A DNA stretch of 64,000 nucleotides from Octopus bimaculoides (Eukaryota), in assembly GCF_001194135.2 (NCBI RefSeq), contig NC_068989.1, positions 58,695,638-58,759,637 on the forward strand, written 5' to 3'. The translations under genes and the position numbers were made by a program. The notes below the pieces were generated by a model. The model made no database searches, was not told the origin of the DNA, and was given only the letters and a program-made list of their open reading frames with translations. Every line of letters begins with the position of its first letter. Within the stretch, counting starts at the first letter, position 1. Below are positions 51,295 through 64,000 of the stretch, piece by piece.

Positions 51295-52498
51295 AATAGT
51301 ATTTTAAAATATCTAATGGAATTAAAAATTATTTTTATGCATTTGTGTACATTTAAACTAATTATATATTATTTTACAGAATAATAGAATTAAAATTTCT
51401 TTGATTAAAAGCCTTTCTAACATGGAAGTATCCAAAGAACATAATGCTTAATGGGTACAAAAAGGAAACTCTGCAGTCGAAGCGACTCGAAACATACTCA
51501 GTTTATGGGAAAGAATGCTTGAATGAAAGAACTTGCAGAAGATGGTTTGCAAAATTCAGAAGTGGAGATTTCAGCCTTGAAGATGAAGATCGAACAGGAC
51601 GTCCAGTTGAGTTTGATGATAAGCTCCTTGAGGCATTACCTGAAGAAAACCCTGCATTATTAGTTGAAGAATTGACAATAAAGCTTAGTTCAAACTATAC
51701 AACTGTTCATCGTCATCTTCAACAACTTCAACAGGTTCCTAAACTTAGAAAATGAGTGCCTCATGAATTGTCCGAAAGCAACCACAAATCCTGAGTTGAT
51801 ATCTTCTCTTCTTTCCATTCTCGCGAACTCATTTCACCCTTTTTGGATAGACTTGTGACTGGTGAGGAAAAATGGATCTTCTATCGAAATGTTAAACGTC
51901 ATAAACAGTGGCTTGGTAAAAAGGAAAAAGCTCAACCACAACCTAGAAGGAAGTTTCATGGGAAAAAGGTTCTTCTTTCTATCTGGTGGAATTGTAAAAG
52001 AGTAATTCACTTTGAATTGTTACCACCTAATGCAACAAACAATGCTCAAGTCTACTGTCAGCAATGAGAGTGTTTGAACCAAGCTTTGAAGAAAAAAGGA
52101 CCCGCTTTAGTGAATCGAAAAAGAGTGATGTTTCATCAGGACAATGCGCGACCCCACACTGCAAAGATCACACCAGAGAAGATTTAAAAAATTCTTCATC
52201 CACCTTTTTCTCCCGACCTTGCTCCTTCAGACTACCATTTGTTTCGTAGTTTACAGAATCATTTGGGAGACATAACTTTCGCAAGCCAGGAGGAGGTCGA
52301 AACTGACATTTCAGAGTTCTTTGCTTTGAAACCAAAAAAGTTTTACATTGATGGGATTAAAAAGCTTGTAAATAGATGGAAGGAAGTCATAGATAAACAG
52401 GGAAAGTACATTGATGATTAAATTTCAATTAAATATAAAATTTGATCACTTGTTTTCTTTATTCAAAATTCGGACAGAACTTATGTGATGACGTGATA
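51295..52498 (+). mobile_element. mariner (DD34D) transposon, near-complete pseudogenised transposase (51422-52421) with 3' TIR
   Basis: RTCRRWFAKFRSGDFSLEDEDRTGRP, *VPHEL, LDRLVTGEEKWIFY, HQDNARPH, PPFSPDLAPSDYHLFRSLQN, GIKKLVNRWKEVID; TIR cggacagaacttatgtgatgacgtga|TA; 5' TIR lost in gap 50535-51294. Confidence 0.92.
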
Positions 52499-52633
52499 TA
52501 TATGAAATTTTGAATTTAGTTCATGGACTCCTAGTACTACCTTTGCGGAATAGATTATGATGTTATCTGATATTAAATCACATATTTTCTACAAATATCT
52601 ATATTTTCTCTTCAGATTTTCTCTTCGATTACA

Positions 52634-52905
52634 TTGACCCCACTGTTCAACTGGTACTTATTTCATCGACCCTGAAAGGATGAAGGGCAAAGTCGACCTC
52701 GGCGAAATTTGAACTCAGAGCGTAAAGACGGACAAAATGCCGCCGAGCATTTTTCCCGGCTTACTAACGATTCTGCCAACTCGCTGCTTTATAATTTCAA
52801 ATTTTGGACCAAAGCCAGAAAGTTAGGGGGAGGGGATATGTCGATTTGCTCAATTTTATCGACTTCGGAAGCTGCTAAACATTTCGTCCGGCGTACCAGC
52901 TCACT
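52634..52905 (-). mobile_element. Two partial SINE family A copies in tandem
   Basis: ctggtacttatttcatcgaccctgaaaggatgaagggcaaagtcgacctcggcg...; second copy from ttcaaattttggaccaaagcc. Confidence 0.75.
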
Positions 52906-54610
52906 GCTTTTATCAATAAAATAATATTATAAGAATATAACAAAATGTGAGTAGTCGAATTCACTCTGTAACATATTAAAGGTAGATTTGTTCTCATACA
53001 CCCACATTAGCCCGTGCAGTCTTTACTAGGAGTTTCTTTGATAGAACACTGTGACTTCCGCATTTGACGTACAAAGTTTTCATATGAAAACAGTACAGTC
53101 GCATTGAACTTTCACCTTGGTGTAATTTGTTGGTGATATACAATTTCTAGTTCCGTTCTGAGATAACGACTGACAATATTGCAACGAAAGAGATCTGTAA
53201 TGTTAAACAATAAGATAGTTGAAAGCAGGTGCAATAAATAACCATTTCTTTGACGCAACAGAATAGATTCAATAAATTATCCACACTTTTTTTTTAATCT
53301 CATCTCAGATTGGCGCCAAATGATAACAGCTGATCTAGGAAACCAGATGTTTATTCGAATATATTTAGTTGTTAACATAAATTCAATTGTAACTATTTAT
53401 AGAGACTAACGCTAACTTAAGTCCCAATTCTTGATTATTTAGTCGGTTTGTTGGGATATTTTAGTTTTAACATTTTAATTCGGTTAACTACCAATATTAT
53501 ATTATTACAGAAATTTTCTTTATTGTTGCTTTTATGCTAAGTTTCTTCTGTATTGAGTGCAACATAATGGTCTAATATTTACAAGAGGTTATTGAATATA
53601 TGAAGAAACAATAATGATTTTTTTTTTATTCAATTATTTAAACTATAATCATTACAAGCACTTACTTCGACGCTGTCACACTCGCACATATACATATAAA
53701 CTTAGACAAAAGTAACTAATTTTAATTTTAAGATATATAACCTAGAAACTGAATTCCAGTTTTGTGCAGAAAGAAAACGATTGTAATGCACGAGTTCTGT
53801 CTATATATATGTGTGTGTGTGTGTATGTGTGTGTGTGTGTGTGTTGTGTGTGCTAACAATCGCTCTATATATGTTAAAAACAAGCTATTGTTGATTAGTC
53901 CTCTATTAGCTCAGCCAGGTCTATCAACGTATAAAGTGTTTAAGACACTGAGCAATGTTATCAAAGACTTTGATGGCTTCGAACGAACAACATTCTTTTA
54001 AACTATATTCTGTCACGAACAGATCGCATGCAATCAGCTTTATATTCTCCTGGATATTTTTTAAAAGAAACATATATTTGTTCCAATGCATAGATTGNNN
54101 NNNNNNNNNNNNNNNNNNNNNNNNNNNNNNNNNNNNNNNNNNNNNNNNNNNNNNNNNNNNNNNNNNNNNNNNNNNNNNNNNNNNNNNNNNNNNNNNNNNN
54201 NNNNNNNNNNNNNNNNNNNNNNNNNNNNNNNNNNNNNNNNNNNNNNNNNNNNNNNNNNNNNNNNNNNNNNNNNNNNNNNNNNNNNNNNNNNNNNNNNNNN
54301 NNNNNNNNNNNNNNNNNNNNNNNNNNNNNNNNNNNNNNNNNNNNNNNNNNNNNNNNNNNNNNNNNNNNNNNNNNNNNNNNNNNNNNNNNNNNNNNNNNNN
54401 NNNNNNNNNNNNNNNNNNNNNNNNNNNNNNNNNNNNNNNNNNNNNNNNNNNNNNNNNNNNNNNNNNNNNNNNNNNNNNNNNNNNNNNNNNNNNNNNNNNN
54501 NNNNNNNNNNNNNNNNNNNNNNNNNNNNNNNNNNNNNNNNNNNNNNNNNNNNNNNNNNNNNNNNNNNNNNNNNNNNNNNNNNNNNNNNNNATATATATAT
54601 ATATATATAA

Positions 54611-55330
54611 GGTTTATTATATAACTTCCTCAGTGTGTCATGGCTTACCAGCTTAATACAGATGTTTAAATTGGTTAAATATATAAAATAATTAGAATTT
54701 ACTTTTTGAATGACAGTTTTAAAGACTATACTAAGAGGACCAACTATTTAATTATTCTACTTCAATTATTTAGTATTAGTAGCATCATTCAAGACTGGGT
54801 GTTTGGATTTTTATTCTTGACAACACTATTTTTAATTCTACCTTCGGGGTTTTCTCAGTTAAGACCACATAGTATAAAAGCAGTTTTATCAATTTTATCA
54901 TTTAAAGGCAATTTTGGAATTGTCTCAAATAGCCAATCCCTTCTATTCAGCTAAAAATAAACATCAATAATAGTATAGTTACAATGTAGTAATATCTGTT
55001 TATATTGATTTATTACAAGTGATACTGGAGTAGCGACACGATGAAAATAAAAACCTTTTCAGGGTTATAAGAATGCAGTATGTGGGATCAATTCATTTGT
55101 TAGAAACTGGGAATTTATTTTATATATATATATATAATACGATATTAGGATAAAAACTTTATAAGAATTTATCAAGTAGTTAGCGTGAAAAAACCTCATG
55201 AGGGGGAAAAAAACCCATCATTTCTCCCCATAAATATTGCATTCCCTCGCGATCGGTACAAATGTACTTATGGTAGTTTTGACTTTTGGAGTCCCTCTTA
55301 GCGTGAGGCATTATTGTATAGTAATGCCCT
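54611..55330. repeat. Unclassified (TA)n-bounded segment ending in a stem-loop
   Basis: (TA)n at 54591-610, about 55121-135 and about 55341-353; hairpin GGCATTA(T)-tgtata-(G)TAATGCC at 55307-55328. Confidence 0.35.
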
Positions 55331-55339
55331 TATATAAAT

Positions 55340-55379
<40 letters not shown>

Positions 55380-56626
55380 AAGAAAATAAATATTTTCAAA
55401 CAGATTTTTTCGTCAAGACGACACGAACAAAGAAAAGTATAATCCTTATTGTGAATTAAGATTTGGTCGTATAAAAAGCATACAGTAACCGCTTGAAGCT
55501 AAAATACATTGGATTGTGAGTTCGTAACATATTGCAGCTATACATAATGTCTGGGCAAGTAATTTAACTAAGCAATTAGTTACGTGGCTAATCCAGACAC
55601 AAAAATACAGATAATGTTATAAGATATATTTAATATAGTGAGTAAAGAGGGAGAAATTGGAGAACCGACACCAGATGTTTTATGGTAATCAAATTACGCG
55701 TCTGTCATTTCTGCTCTTCCTTGGCTTTATCTTTCATTCCGTCATATCCTTCATCATGTTGAAAGGCGTCACTAAAATAAGTATTTCTAATATACTACAG
55801 TCTAATTAAATATATCACGCATTTTCCTAAATAAAGAATTAAACTCCTAATATAAGTTTTGCTTCTCTGTCCGCCAGCGAATATTTTCCAGTTTCTGCTG
55901 CATGTGAACAATTTTAATATTTCTTTCATTATATCTACTGCGACTGAACAATTTAATTCCACTTAACAATATTTATTACCCAAACATGGCTATTTTAATA
56001 CACATATGTGATAATAGTTAAGATTATTGGGTATTAGTAAAACTTGTTTAAAAGCTAACTTTCATTCAGTCTGTTTATGGATGGCTTTTGACGAAGATTG
56101 CGATTAATCATGGCATATCGTTTTCCGAACATCTATTCTAATTTACATCATTAGTTATTCTAAATGATTATATTAGTTATGATCTTATCTTGAGTAAGAT
56201 ATTAGTGTATGGCGCTTCCTGTAAAATAGAGCAGGGACCTAATTTATTTCGATAAAAATTATATTACGTGGCGAGGTAATTTGTACGCTGGTGTAACATT
56301 AACTGATAAATTAGTTCTTGTAATTTTGTTTAAACTACATCTGCCGTTGTTGGTAGCAGTGGAATAAAATTGGTAATACGGTAGAAATTTAAATAAGATT
56401 TATCTTTTGTTGTTTGTGTTAGTAGGAAAATGCCAGAATCAGTATTATATCATTAGCTAAGTCCTAAGTTTAGATAATCCGGAGTTAACCACATATTTCT
56501 TTGAAGATCAGTATATATACATATATATTAACGTTTATCGAATATATTATATTTTTACCTCAAAATATGAGGATTTGTGATAAAAATCACGTGTCGATTT
56601 TGTCTCTCCAGTGACAATAAACCACA

Positions 56627-56628
56627 GT

Positions 56629-56682
<54 letters not shown>

Positions 56683-56684
56683 AC
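56627..56684. repeat. (CTA)n microsatellite
   Basis: Direct reading. Confidence 0.95.
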
Positions 56685-57499
56685 TACTTTAGCCGACAAG
56701 GATATTGTTCTGGGGTTCGGTGGCAAGTTTTCTCAAATCTCAAGAATCATTCTTAGGATTCTTGCAAAATACAGTTTGGTACTTTCTGTAGGTCGACAAT
56801 ACATTCCAATATCTTTTAGCCTTTTAGGTAGTCATTCTAGTGTTGTGTCGAATGCTGCAGAACATTTCATAGGTCGATTTCAGTGGCATAATACAGATTA
56901 AAATTTTGAAAATTTTCGCATTCGAAATAGATCTGATGCTTATGGCCGAGACATTCTAAAGTAAAATTTCATTGTACTCTGCAGTTGCTGCTGTTGCTGA
57001 AGAACGATTTGGTACAGAAAACCTGCATATTTTGTCGTTCAATAGATGAAGGAAAACGGGAACACACTACATAATCCATTCCACGGAAGTTCACCTTACT
57101 TGTGTTACAGTGACTCCACAGAACGAACAAACTCATACAGCGGAGGCTAATACTCCTAAGAAAGGGCTTTCGCATAGTCATTCAACTTTGCAGAAATGCC
57201 TACTAATCACATTTCATGATCTTGGGACATAAAAAGGCATTAAATAATGTGGATCTGCATAGACGTAAAATGATGGGATGTTTATAGTTAGACCAGGGTT
57301 GAACAAAGGCTAAGCAGCAGCAACAACAACAACAGCAACATTCTCATTATCATCAGAAGCATTAGCAACTGTAGTGGGAGAGTTTCTTTAATGAAGACTT
57401 ATAAAGGTTAAGAGCTGAGTCAAAGTCCTTCGCAGGTGATACTATACGAAGGATGCCACAAAATAAAAGAGAAACATCCTTAGCGCTAAGTTATTGATT

Positions 57500-57710
57500 T
57501 AAAATTTTGACACAAGGCCAGCAATTTCTGAGAAGGATGTAAGTCGATTACATCGGCGCTAGTGACCCACTAGTACATACTTTATCGACCCCGAAAGGAT
57601 GAAAGGCAAAGCTAACCTCGGTGGCATTTGATCTCAAAACGCTAAGACGGGCTAAATGCCGATAAACATTTTGTCCGGTGTGCTAACGATTCTGCCTGTT
57701 CGCCACCTTA
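57500..57710 (-). mobile_element. SINE family A, full-length older copy
   Basis: aaattttgacacaaggccagc...tttatcgaccccgaaaggatgaaaggcaaag...gctaacgattctgcctgttcgccacctta. Confidence 0.8.
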
Positions 57711-58786
57711 CTTACCGTTACGATATTACTAATTAAAGTAGGTATATATACATTTTTCTAATTATAAAATTACATTGTAATTTTACACTTGAAGTCATTG
57801 TATTTTAGAAGCCAATATCTTACCATATATATATATATATATANNNNNNNNNNNNNNNNNNNNNNNNNNNNNNNNNNNNNNNNNNNNNNNNNNNNNNNNN
57901 NNNNNNNNNNNNNNNNNNNNNNNNNNNNNNNNNNNNNNNNNNNNNNNNNNNNNNNNNNNNNNNNNNNNNNNNNNNNNNNNNNNNNNNNNNNNNNNNNNNN
58001 NNNNNNNNNNNNNNNNNNNNNNNNNNNNNNNNNNNNNNNNNNNNNNNNNNNNNNNNNNNNNNNNNNNNNNNNNNNNNNNNNNNNNNNNNNNNNNNNNNNN
58101 NNNNNNNNNNNNNNNNNNNNNNNNNNNNNNNNNNNNNNNNNNNNNNNNNNNNNNNNNNNNNNNNNNNNNNNNNNNNNNNNNNNNNNNNNNNNNNNNNNNN
58201 NNNNNNNNNNNNNNNNNNNNNNNNNNNNNNNNNNNNNNNNNNNNNNNNNNNNNNNNNNNNNNNNNNNNNNNNNNNNNNNNNNNNNNNNNNNNNNNNNNNN
58301 NNNNNNNNNNNNNNNNNNNNNNNNNNNNNNNNNNNNNNNNNNNNNNNNNNNNNNNNNNNNNNNNNNNNNNNNNNNNNNNNNNNNNNNNNNNNNNNNNNNN
58401 NNNNNNNNNNNNNNNNNNNNNNNNNNNNNNNNNNNNNNNNNNNNNNNNNNNNNNNNNNNNNNNNNNNNNNNNNNNNNNNNNNNNNNNNNNNNNNNNNNNN
58501 NNNNNNNNNNNNNNNNNNNNNNNNNNNNNNNNNNNNNNNNNNNNNNNNNNNNNNNNNNNNNNNNNNNNNNNNNNNNNNNNNNNNNNNNNNNNNNNNNNNN
58601 NNNNNNNNNNNNNNNNNNNNNNNNNNNNNNNNNNNNNNNNNNNNNNNNNNNNNNNNNNNNNNNNNNNNNNNNNNNNNNNNNNNNNNNNNNNNNNNNNNNN
58701 NNNNNNNNNNNNNNNNNNNNNNNNNNNNNNNNNNNNNNNNNNNNNNNNNNNNNNNNNNNNNNNTATATATATATATATATATATAT

Positions 58787-58865
58787 ATTGCCTGTGTTCA
58801 GGTATTAATGTGCTTGTATGAGTTAGGGAGCATATATTGTCTGTGTTCAGGTATTATGTGCTTGT
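58787..58865. repeat. About 30-bp direct repeat, two copies
   Basis: attg(c/t)ctgtgttcaggtatt(a)atgtgcttgt twice. Confidence 0.8.
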
Positions 58866-58989
58866 GTGGGAGTAGGTGTGTGTATGATGATGTGTGATGT
58901 GTGTGCTGAGTTAAACAATGTGCTCATATAGTTGTATGTGTGGTGACGCTATTAAAGATTGTATGTGGATGACTGTGTGTGGTGTGAGT

Positions 58990-59235
58990 GCTGGGAAGTG
59001 GCTAGTGCTAGTGTGAAGCGCAGACTCCCTACTGAGAAGAGAGTGCTCCGCCTCAGAGAGGGAAAGATCAGGAGGAATGCTAACAACAGACTGAAGTGGA
59101 GAAGAGGAGGATGAGTTAGATGTGGGAGGGGTAGTGGAGGCGGTGGAAGGCTGGGAGGAGAGAGAGGAGGAAGTAGTGCGTGAGAGAGTTGGAGCAATGT
59201 GGGAGTGAGGATGAGTGGGAGTGGATCGGGGAGGA
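58990..59235 (-). mobile_element. Penelope-like ORF N-terminal (pre-RT) relic
   Basis: S/P/T-rich linker then SVVSIPPDLSLSEAEHSLLSR/GLRFT (1-nt frameshift), matching PLE V.NLS..L...E.SLLS.GL.F. Confidence 0.55.
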
Positions 59236-60486
59236 AATATACATACATACATACATACATACATACAAGTACACACCGTTCTTTGACAACTTTGTGATTG
59301 AACGACAGCCTGACTAGGAAAATATCATTTAAAGTTAATTATATCGACTGCAGTAATTTGAGAAATGCTTATTTCACTGCTATGGTAAAATACGAAATGC
59401 AAAGCAGGCATTGGTTTAAGGGGTGATAACTCAGTCGAACATCAATACCATACAGCATTTCTGTTCGAATATATTGATACCCACTCCACTTTTATTGAAT
59501 TTCTCCTTACTATATTTCAGTCACAAAGTCTTATTCAACTCGAGACTATGGTAGACGATGCCCAAAATACCGATCAGTGAGTCTGGAGTTGTCTTACTCG
59601 TGTTGTTTATTCCTATTGTTGTTTATTTGTTTATTTCTATCTTCCGTGCGGAATTATTAAAAAGGGAGGTGAAGAATTTGTTTTAATTACTTTTTTTACC
59701 ATGTTTGGAAAAAAACACATTTACAAACGTAATGGAGGAGGTACTTGTCAGAATGGAAGTAGTACAAACATAACCAAATACGCCTTCCAACTAAATATTT
59801 GTGAACAAATAATTGTATAACTTTTAAAAATAAATATAAAACTGAAAAACATAAAGTACGAACATCGAACGAAAAGAGACACAAAAAGAAAAATAATGAC
59901 CCTGGAAGAAAATAAAGACGATATTGATGTAAACATTGGTAGTGAAAAGACAGATAACTTCTCTCACACCCAAATTTTACTGTGTTAATGTTAGTAGCTT
60001 TGAAAAGCAGATTTTGCGAATATTGACTGCAAGCAAATATCAGGAAATTGAAAACACCCACTCGGCAACATTTCCTTCCATCCACCCACACACACACAAA
60101 CACACATACACGCGCACACAGAAACACAGAAACACACACACACACACACACACACACAAATACCTCACATTTAGGTATTTTCCAAGAAAGGGCTAAGAGA
60201 AAGTAATATATCTTTTCGGCCAAAGAGCTGAATGGTTATTCAGCGAGCCCACAATGGAGTGTAGAGTGAGCGCTATTTATCGACTGGGGAAAATCAACCA
60301 GAAGTATCTTTCTAGAATTCAGAACTGAATGTGGTGCAGTGAAAACAAACTGAAATGCTGCAATTTCTCAATACATGCGCTTGCAAAACCAAAGTGACTG
60401 CCAGAGGCATCCAACCATGTTCCATGTCAACTTTGCAGGTTAGCATGGGTAGAAGGTAGTGTAGATTTGTTTCTTTGTTTGTGTCC

Positions 60487-60567
60487 GTGTATGTGTGTTT
60501 GTGTATGTGTGTTTGTGTATGTGTGTTTGTGTATGGGTGTTTGTGTATGGGTGTTTGTGTATGTGTG
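60487..60567. repeat. 14-bp minisatellite (gtgtatg[t/g]gtgttt) x5.8
   Basis: Direct reading. Confidence 0.9.
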
Positions 60568-60923
60568 TACTGCGTATGTATGTACACGTGCATGTGTGCA
60601 CTTGTGTGTGCGCTCGCGAACGCGATGCCAAACGATTGAACAAAATTAGTTTGAAGCGTAAATATATCGAAGAAAGTAATTAACCGAATTTCAAAATTGT
60701 CTTTCTTCAAACTGGCTGGAATGCTATTCATTTGTAGTAAATGGTTGGACATTTTACAAGACCGCAACGATTGGAAAACCGCTGTTTCGTGTGCCGGTAC
60801 TGTTTATATTTATTTTCATGTAATTACGCTGCGAACAGTCTTTTCGCCAACTACACTACACAAATATATATATTATTAAAAAAGGTATGTTCGGCAAGAA
60901 ACCCCTATTCTAAATAATGGATT

Positions 60924-61525
60924 CAAATTTTAGTACAAGGCCAGCAATTTTAGAGGAGTGGGTTAGTCGATTACATCAACCCCAGAAAGGATGGAAGGCG
61001 GAATTTGAATTCAGAACGTAAAGAAATTAAAATTCAATACCCTAACAGAAAATGACTATGTATGTAACTTTCACCGTAGCACACACCCTAGCAATAACAA
61101 AACATGCGGGGAATCTCACATGACAATATACAGTGACATACCAAGGAGGTTATCATTCTGTTAGATACAGATTGACATAACCTAATTTCTCATCCAACTC
61201 CACAGATAATTTAATTATGTCTAATAGTAGTATAGTAAGCTAACGTATCCTACCATGTTCAATATCAGAAGTGCTATTGGATGAGATCAATAGAACTGTA
61301 GCGCCGCCATTACCAAGTGGTTTAATGATTAATCCTTTTTCCTATAGGCACAAGACCAGAAGTATTCGACGATGGAGTTAGTCGATTACATCGACCCTAG
61401 TGCTTAACTGGTACTTAATTCAACTCGAAAAGCTGTTACGAATTTGAACTCAAACCGTAAAGATAGACGAAATGCCGCTTAAAAATTTTTCCGGCGTACT
61501 AATGATTCTGCCAGCTCACCACCTT
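60924..61525 (-). mobile_element. Two deleted SINE family A copies (60924-61025 and 61340-61525)
   Basis: acaaggccagcaatt...agtcgattacatc...gaatttgaa(t/c)tca...ctaatgattctgccagctcaccacctt. Confidence 0.7.
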
Positions 61526-63822
61526 GTTCAGTGATATTAATAAGAAAGCCGTTCATAGATTCAATAAGTTTTGATAACTTGGATATCTATCCCACTATAA
61601 GGAAAAATCTTTGTCTGAAAGCCCTAAAATTTCGGGTGCAACTGTCTTGGACTAGAGATTTCTATATTAAAATCAGTGGTAATATTTTCACAATTTTTCT
61701 CGAAACTTTGGAAAGANNNNNNNNNNATAAAAATATAGAAAAAACATGGTTGTTAGAACAGGCAAACAGGCACCGTTTCGTGTGGTGCATATTGCGCTAT
61801 ACCGTTGTATGTTAACTTCGAACAAAAACATTGCAGTGAAAGCCAGCCGCAAATATGACTTCGGATTAGTCAATACTACAAATGGCAATCAATTAAATGT
61901 TGTCAATTGAAATGTTTTCGATCCGATAATTTCATTATTGAGTTGAAGAATGCTTACAAATTTTTTTTTTTAAATCCCAAACAAAAAACTGAGAGCAAAT
62001 CCTGCTATGCTTTTGTCCTTGCACACCTGAATTTGGATAATAGCGTTTATACGTGAGTGTGCATTTGTGTATATATACTTTGACAGGTGGTATGACAAAA
62101 AAGATCATTGAGCGACATCTATAGCTTCCGCGAGTGTATGTGTGTGTGTGTGTGTGTGTGTATGTGTGCGTGTGTTTTGTGTGCGCGTCTGAGTGTGTGC
62201 ATGTGTGTGTGTATGTATAATACATATAAAATAGGTATACACACATACACACACCTCTATGCATGCATATGCGAGGGGATCGGCGTTTAGCGGTGACAAA
62301 TTTAAACGTAAGTCACTTTGCACATTTTTTCTTTCCCGGATGAGTAAGCATTTCTTTGTCACATACGCCATTAGCGATACAGTGTACCGGAAATTTGTCC
62401 CACGGAATCCTGTACCTAACAATACTATGACAATATAGAGTAAAAGTGCAATATTAAATAACCAGTTGCGATATAGGATAATAGAAGTTAATAATACATG
62501 TTTTATAATCCCAGTGAGAGAACAAAGGTAATCTATTCGGTATTAAATGAACCGTGGAGGCAAGGATATAAACTTAAAACCTCGAATGCAGTAAGTTAAT
62601 CACCATATAATGATTTTACAGCGCACAACTCTTCAACAGACTATTATCCTTTAATGAATGCTCTGACTGATTTTTGTTCCTGCAATTTTGAGCTTGGCAT
62701 TTAAGCACTTATAACAGAGTGTGGCTGCTTTTAATTAACCGCATCTTCCTTCCAGTTTCCATTCTCGGTTGGAGATACGTAATTTTTCATTTACTTAGGT
62801 TAATGTCTTGCGGAAGCGAAAGACATTCTTCTTTACTCTAAATCTAATCCCAAGTGCCTACAGAAGCAATAAACTTTGCGGACTGAGTTTTATAGGGAAA
62901 CGTCGGGAAGAATCCATTAAAACGTGTTGATACTTATTGTTCTAAAGAATAAACATCATTATGTAAGAATGATACATTTAATAATATCCCTTGTCGCCAG
63001 AATGTTGAAGGGAAATGTAAACGCCATATGCTACACTCAACGAATTGTTTGTATGACTTAATTCTAACACCCACTCTTTGTGACTCAGTGTTCTAATTTC
63101 ATTCTCAAGTCAATTTACTCGGTTATTTTCGGGATAATGTAATTGTTGATATAAAGTAACTATTTTGGTCCATACCACCTTCCTGTGTCACCCTCAAAAT
63201 TCTCGACCAACTATAAACAAGTAGATACTCTCTTTCATTTCTTTTGATGTAAGCCGACGTTTTTTGTGGTTTTTCAATATTCTTCACTTTCAAAATAGAT
63301 TACATTTCTTTTGTTTCCAGTTTGTAAATTGTATTTTTTTTTTAGTTACACAACACATACAAAAGTGACCTTATTGACTTATTTATGTCAGGATTAATGT
63401 TGTTTATATTTATTTGATAAAACTTGTTATTTATCAGAAAAAATTCTGATATGCTCTGGTTTAAAGAGGGAGCGATGTTTATTGCCTTGGTATTCTCTTC
63501 TTTCAGTCACATCCCCACACAGATCCATAGACAACCGTCCAACTCGACGAGAGAGCCTCTACATTTTCAATAGAGCTGCTAGAAATAGAAGATAAATCTA
63601 CTTCAAACGGCAATCTATCGCAAGACACTTTTCATAATGTTGTCCTAGATGCAGACTGTATGAAAAAAAAAAAAAAAAGAAAAGACGTGATGGTCCATGC
63701 TAAATAAATATTCTCACCAGAGCCAACTTGGAACTAATGAACAGCGATAACGACGAAACATTATCATCAAGAAAAACAACAGAGAGAGGCATATAATCTC
63801 AGTTCTTATATTCTTTTTCTTC

Positions 63823-63860
<38 letters not shown>

Positions 63861-64000
63861 AATAATAAGTAACACGGATTTCAAAAGTGATTGCAATACG
63901 CACGTTTCATGCTACTTCAATTTATTTAAGTAATGTGAGCATTACCTTAAATGCAATATGAAGAGCAATCTTCAGCTGCACGAAAATGCAGAAAAAAGAC

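Larger units (their letters stand above)
527..61726. other. Twelve assembly gaps
   Basis: N at 527-770, 19159-19767, 21868-22385, 25579-25588, 26076-26377, 30074-30141, 35699-36026, 40738-41000, 50535-51294, 54098-54590, 57844-58763, 61717-61726; most flanked by (AT)n, (TG)n or (CT)n. Confidence 0.95.

Noticed and set aside
54611-54960. Possible NUMT (hydrophobic ORF at 54706-54954)
   Set aside because: Under the invertebrate mitochondrial code neither strand resembles a mitochondrial protein I recognise; blastn to cephalopod mtDNA would settle it
316-62422. Dozens of track ORFs rich in YI, CV, HT, ER, LS or X
   Set aside because: They are translations of microsatellites and N-gaps, not genes

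Overview
AT-rich, repeat-dense eukaryotic DNA from a gapped short-read scaffold (12 N-runs, mostly flanked by microsatellites). The SINE families and element mix suggest a coleoid cephalopod, probably Octopus; this is an inference from recognising the repeats, not a database result. No intact protein-coding gene, rRNA, true tRNA or CRISPR array is supportable. Most long ORFs in the track are microsatellite or N artefacts. The window is a layered graveyard of mobile elements: several tRNA-headed SINE families (here called A, B, C, D), three RTE-LINE 3' ends with C2H2 fingers, a 2.1-kb Tx1/L1-clade LINE, an R4/Dong-clade LINE, a Gypsy (Mag-like) relic, three Penelope-like ORF relics, Tc1 and mariner transposase relics, and a probable hAT fragment. 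The most notable observations are (1) a tRNA-headed (Pol III A/B box) short element carrying a minimal Penelope-type hammerhead ribozyme, i.e. a possible SINE/retrozyme hybrid; (2) a second minimal hammerhead with the same extra-A core in a Penelope-type terminal repeat; (3) a perfect 51-bp-arm hairpin; (4) an RTE tail with three tandem C2H2 fingers; (5) closely spaced inverted SINE pairs; and (6) one well-formed orphan exon. All family assignments come from manual translation and motif recognition and need confirmation by database search.
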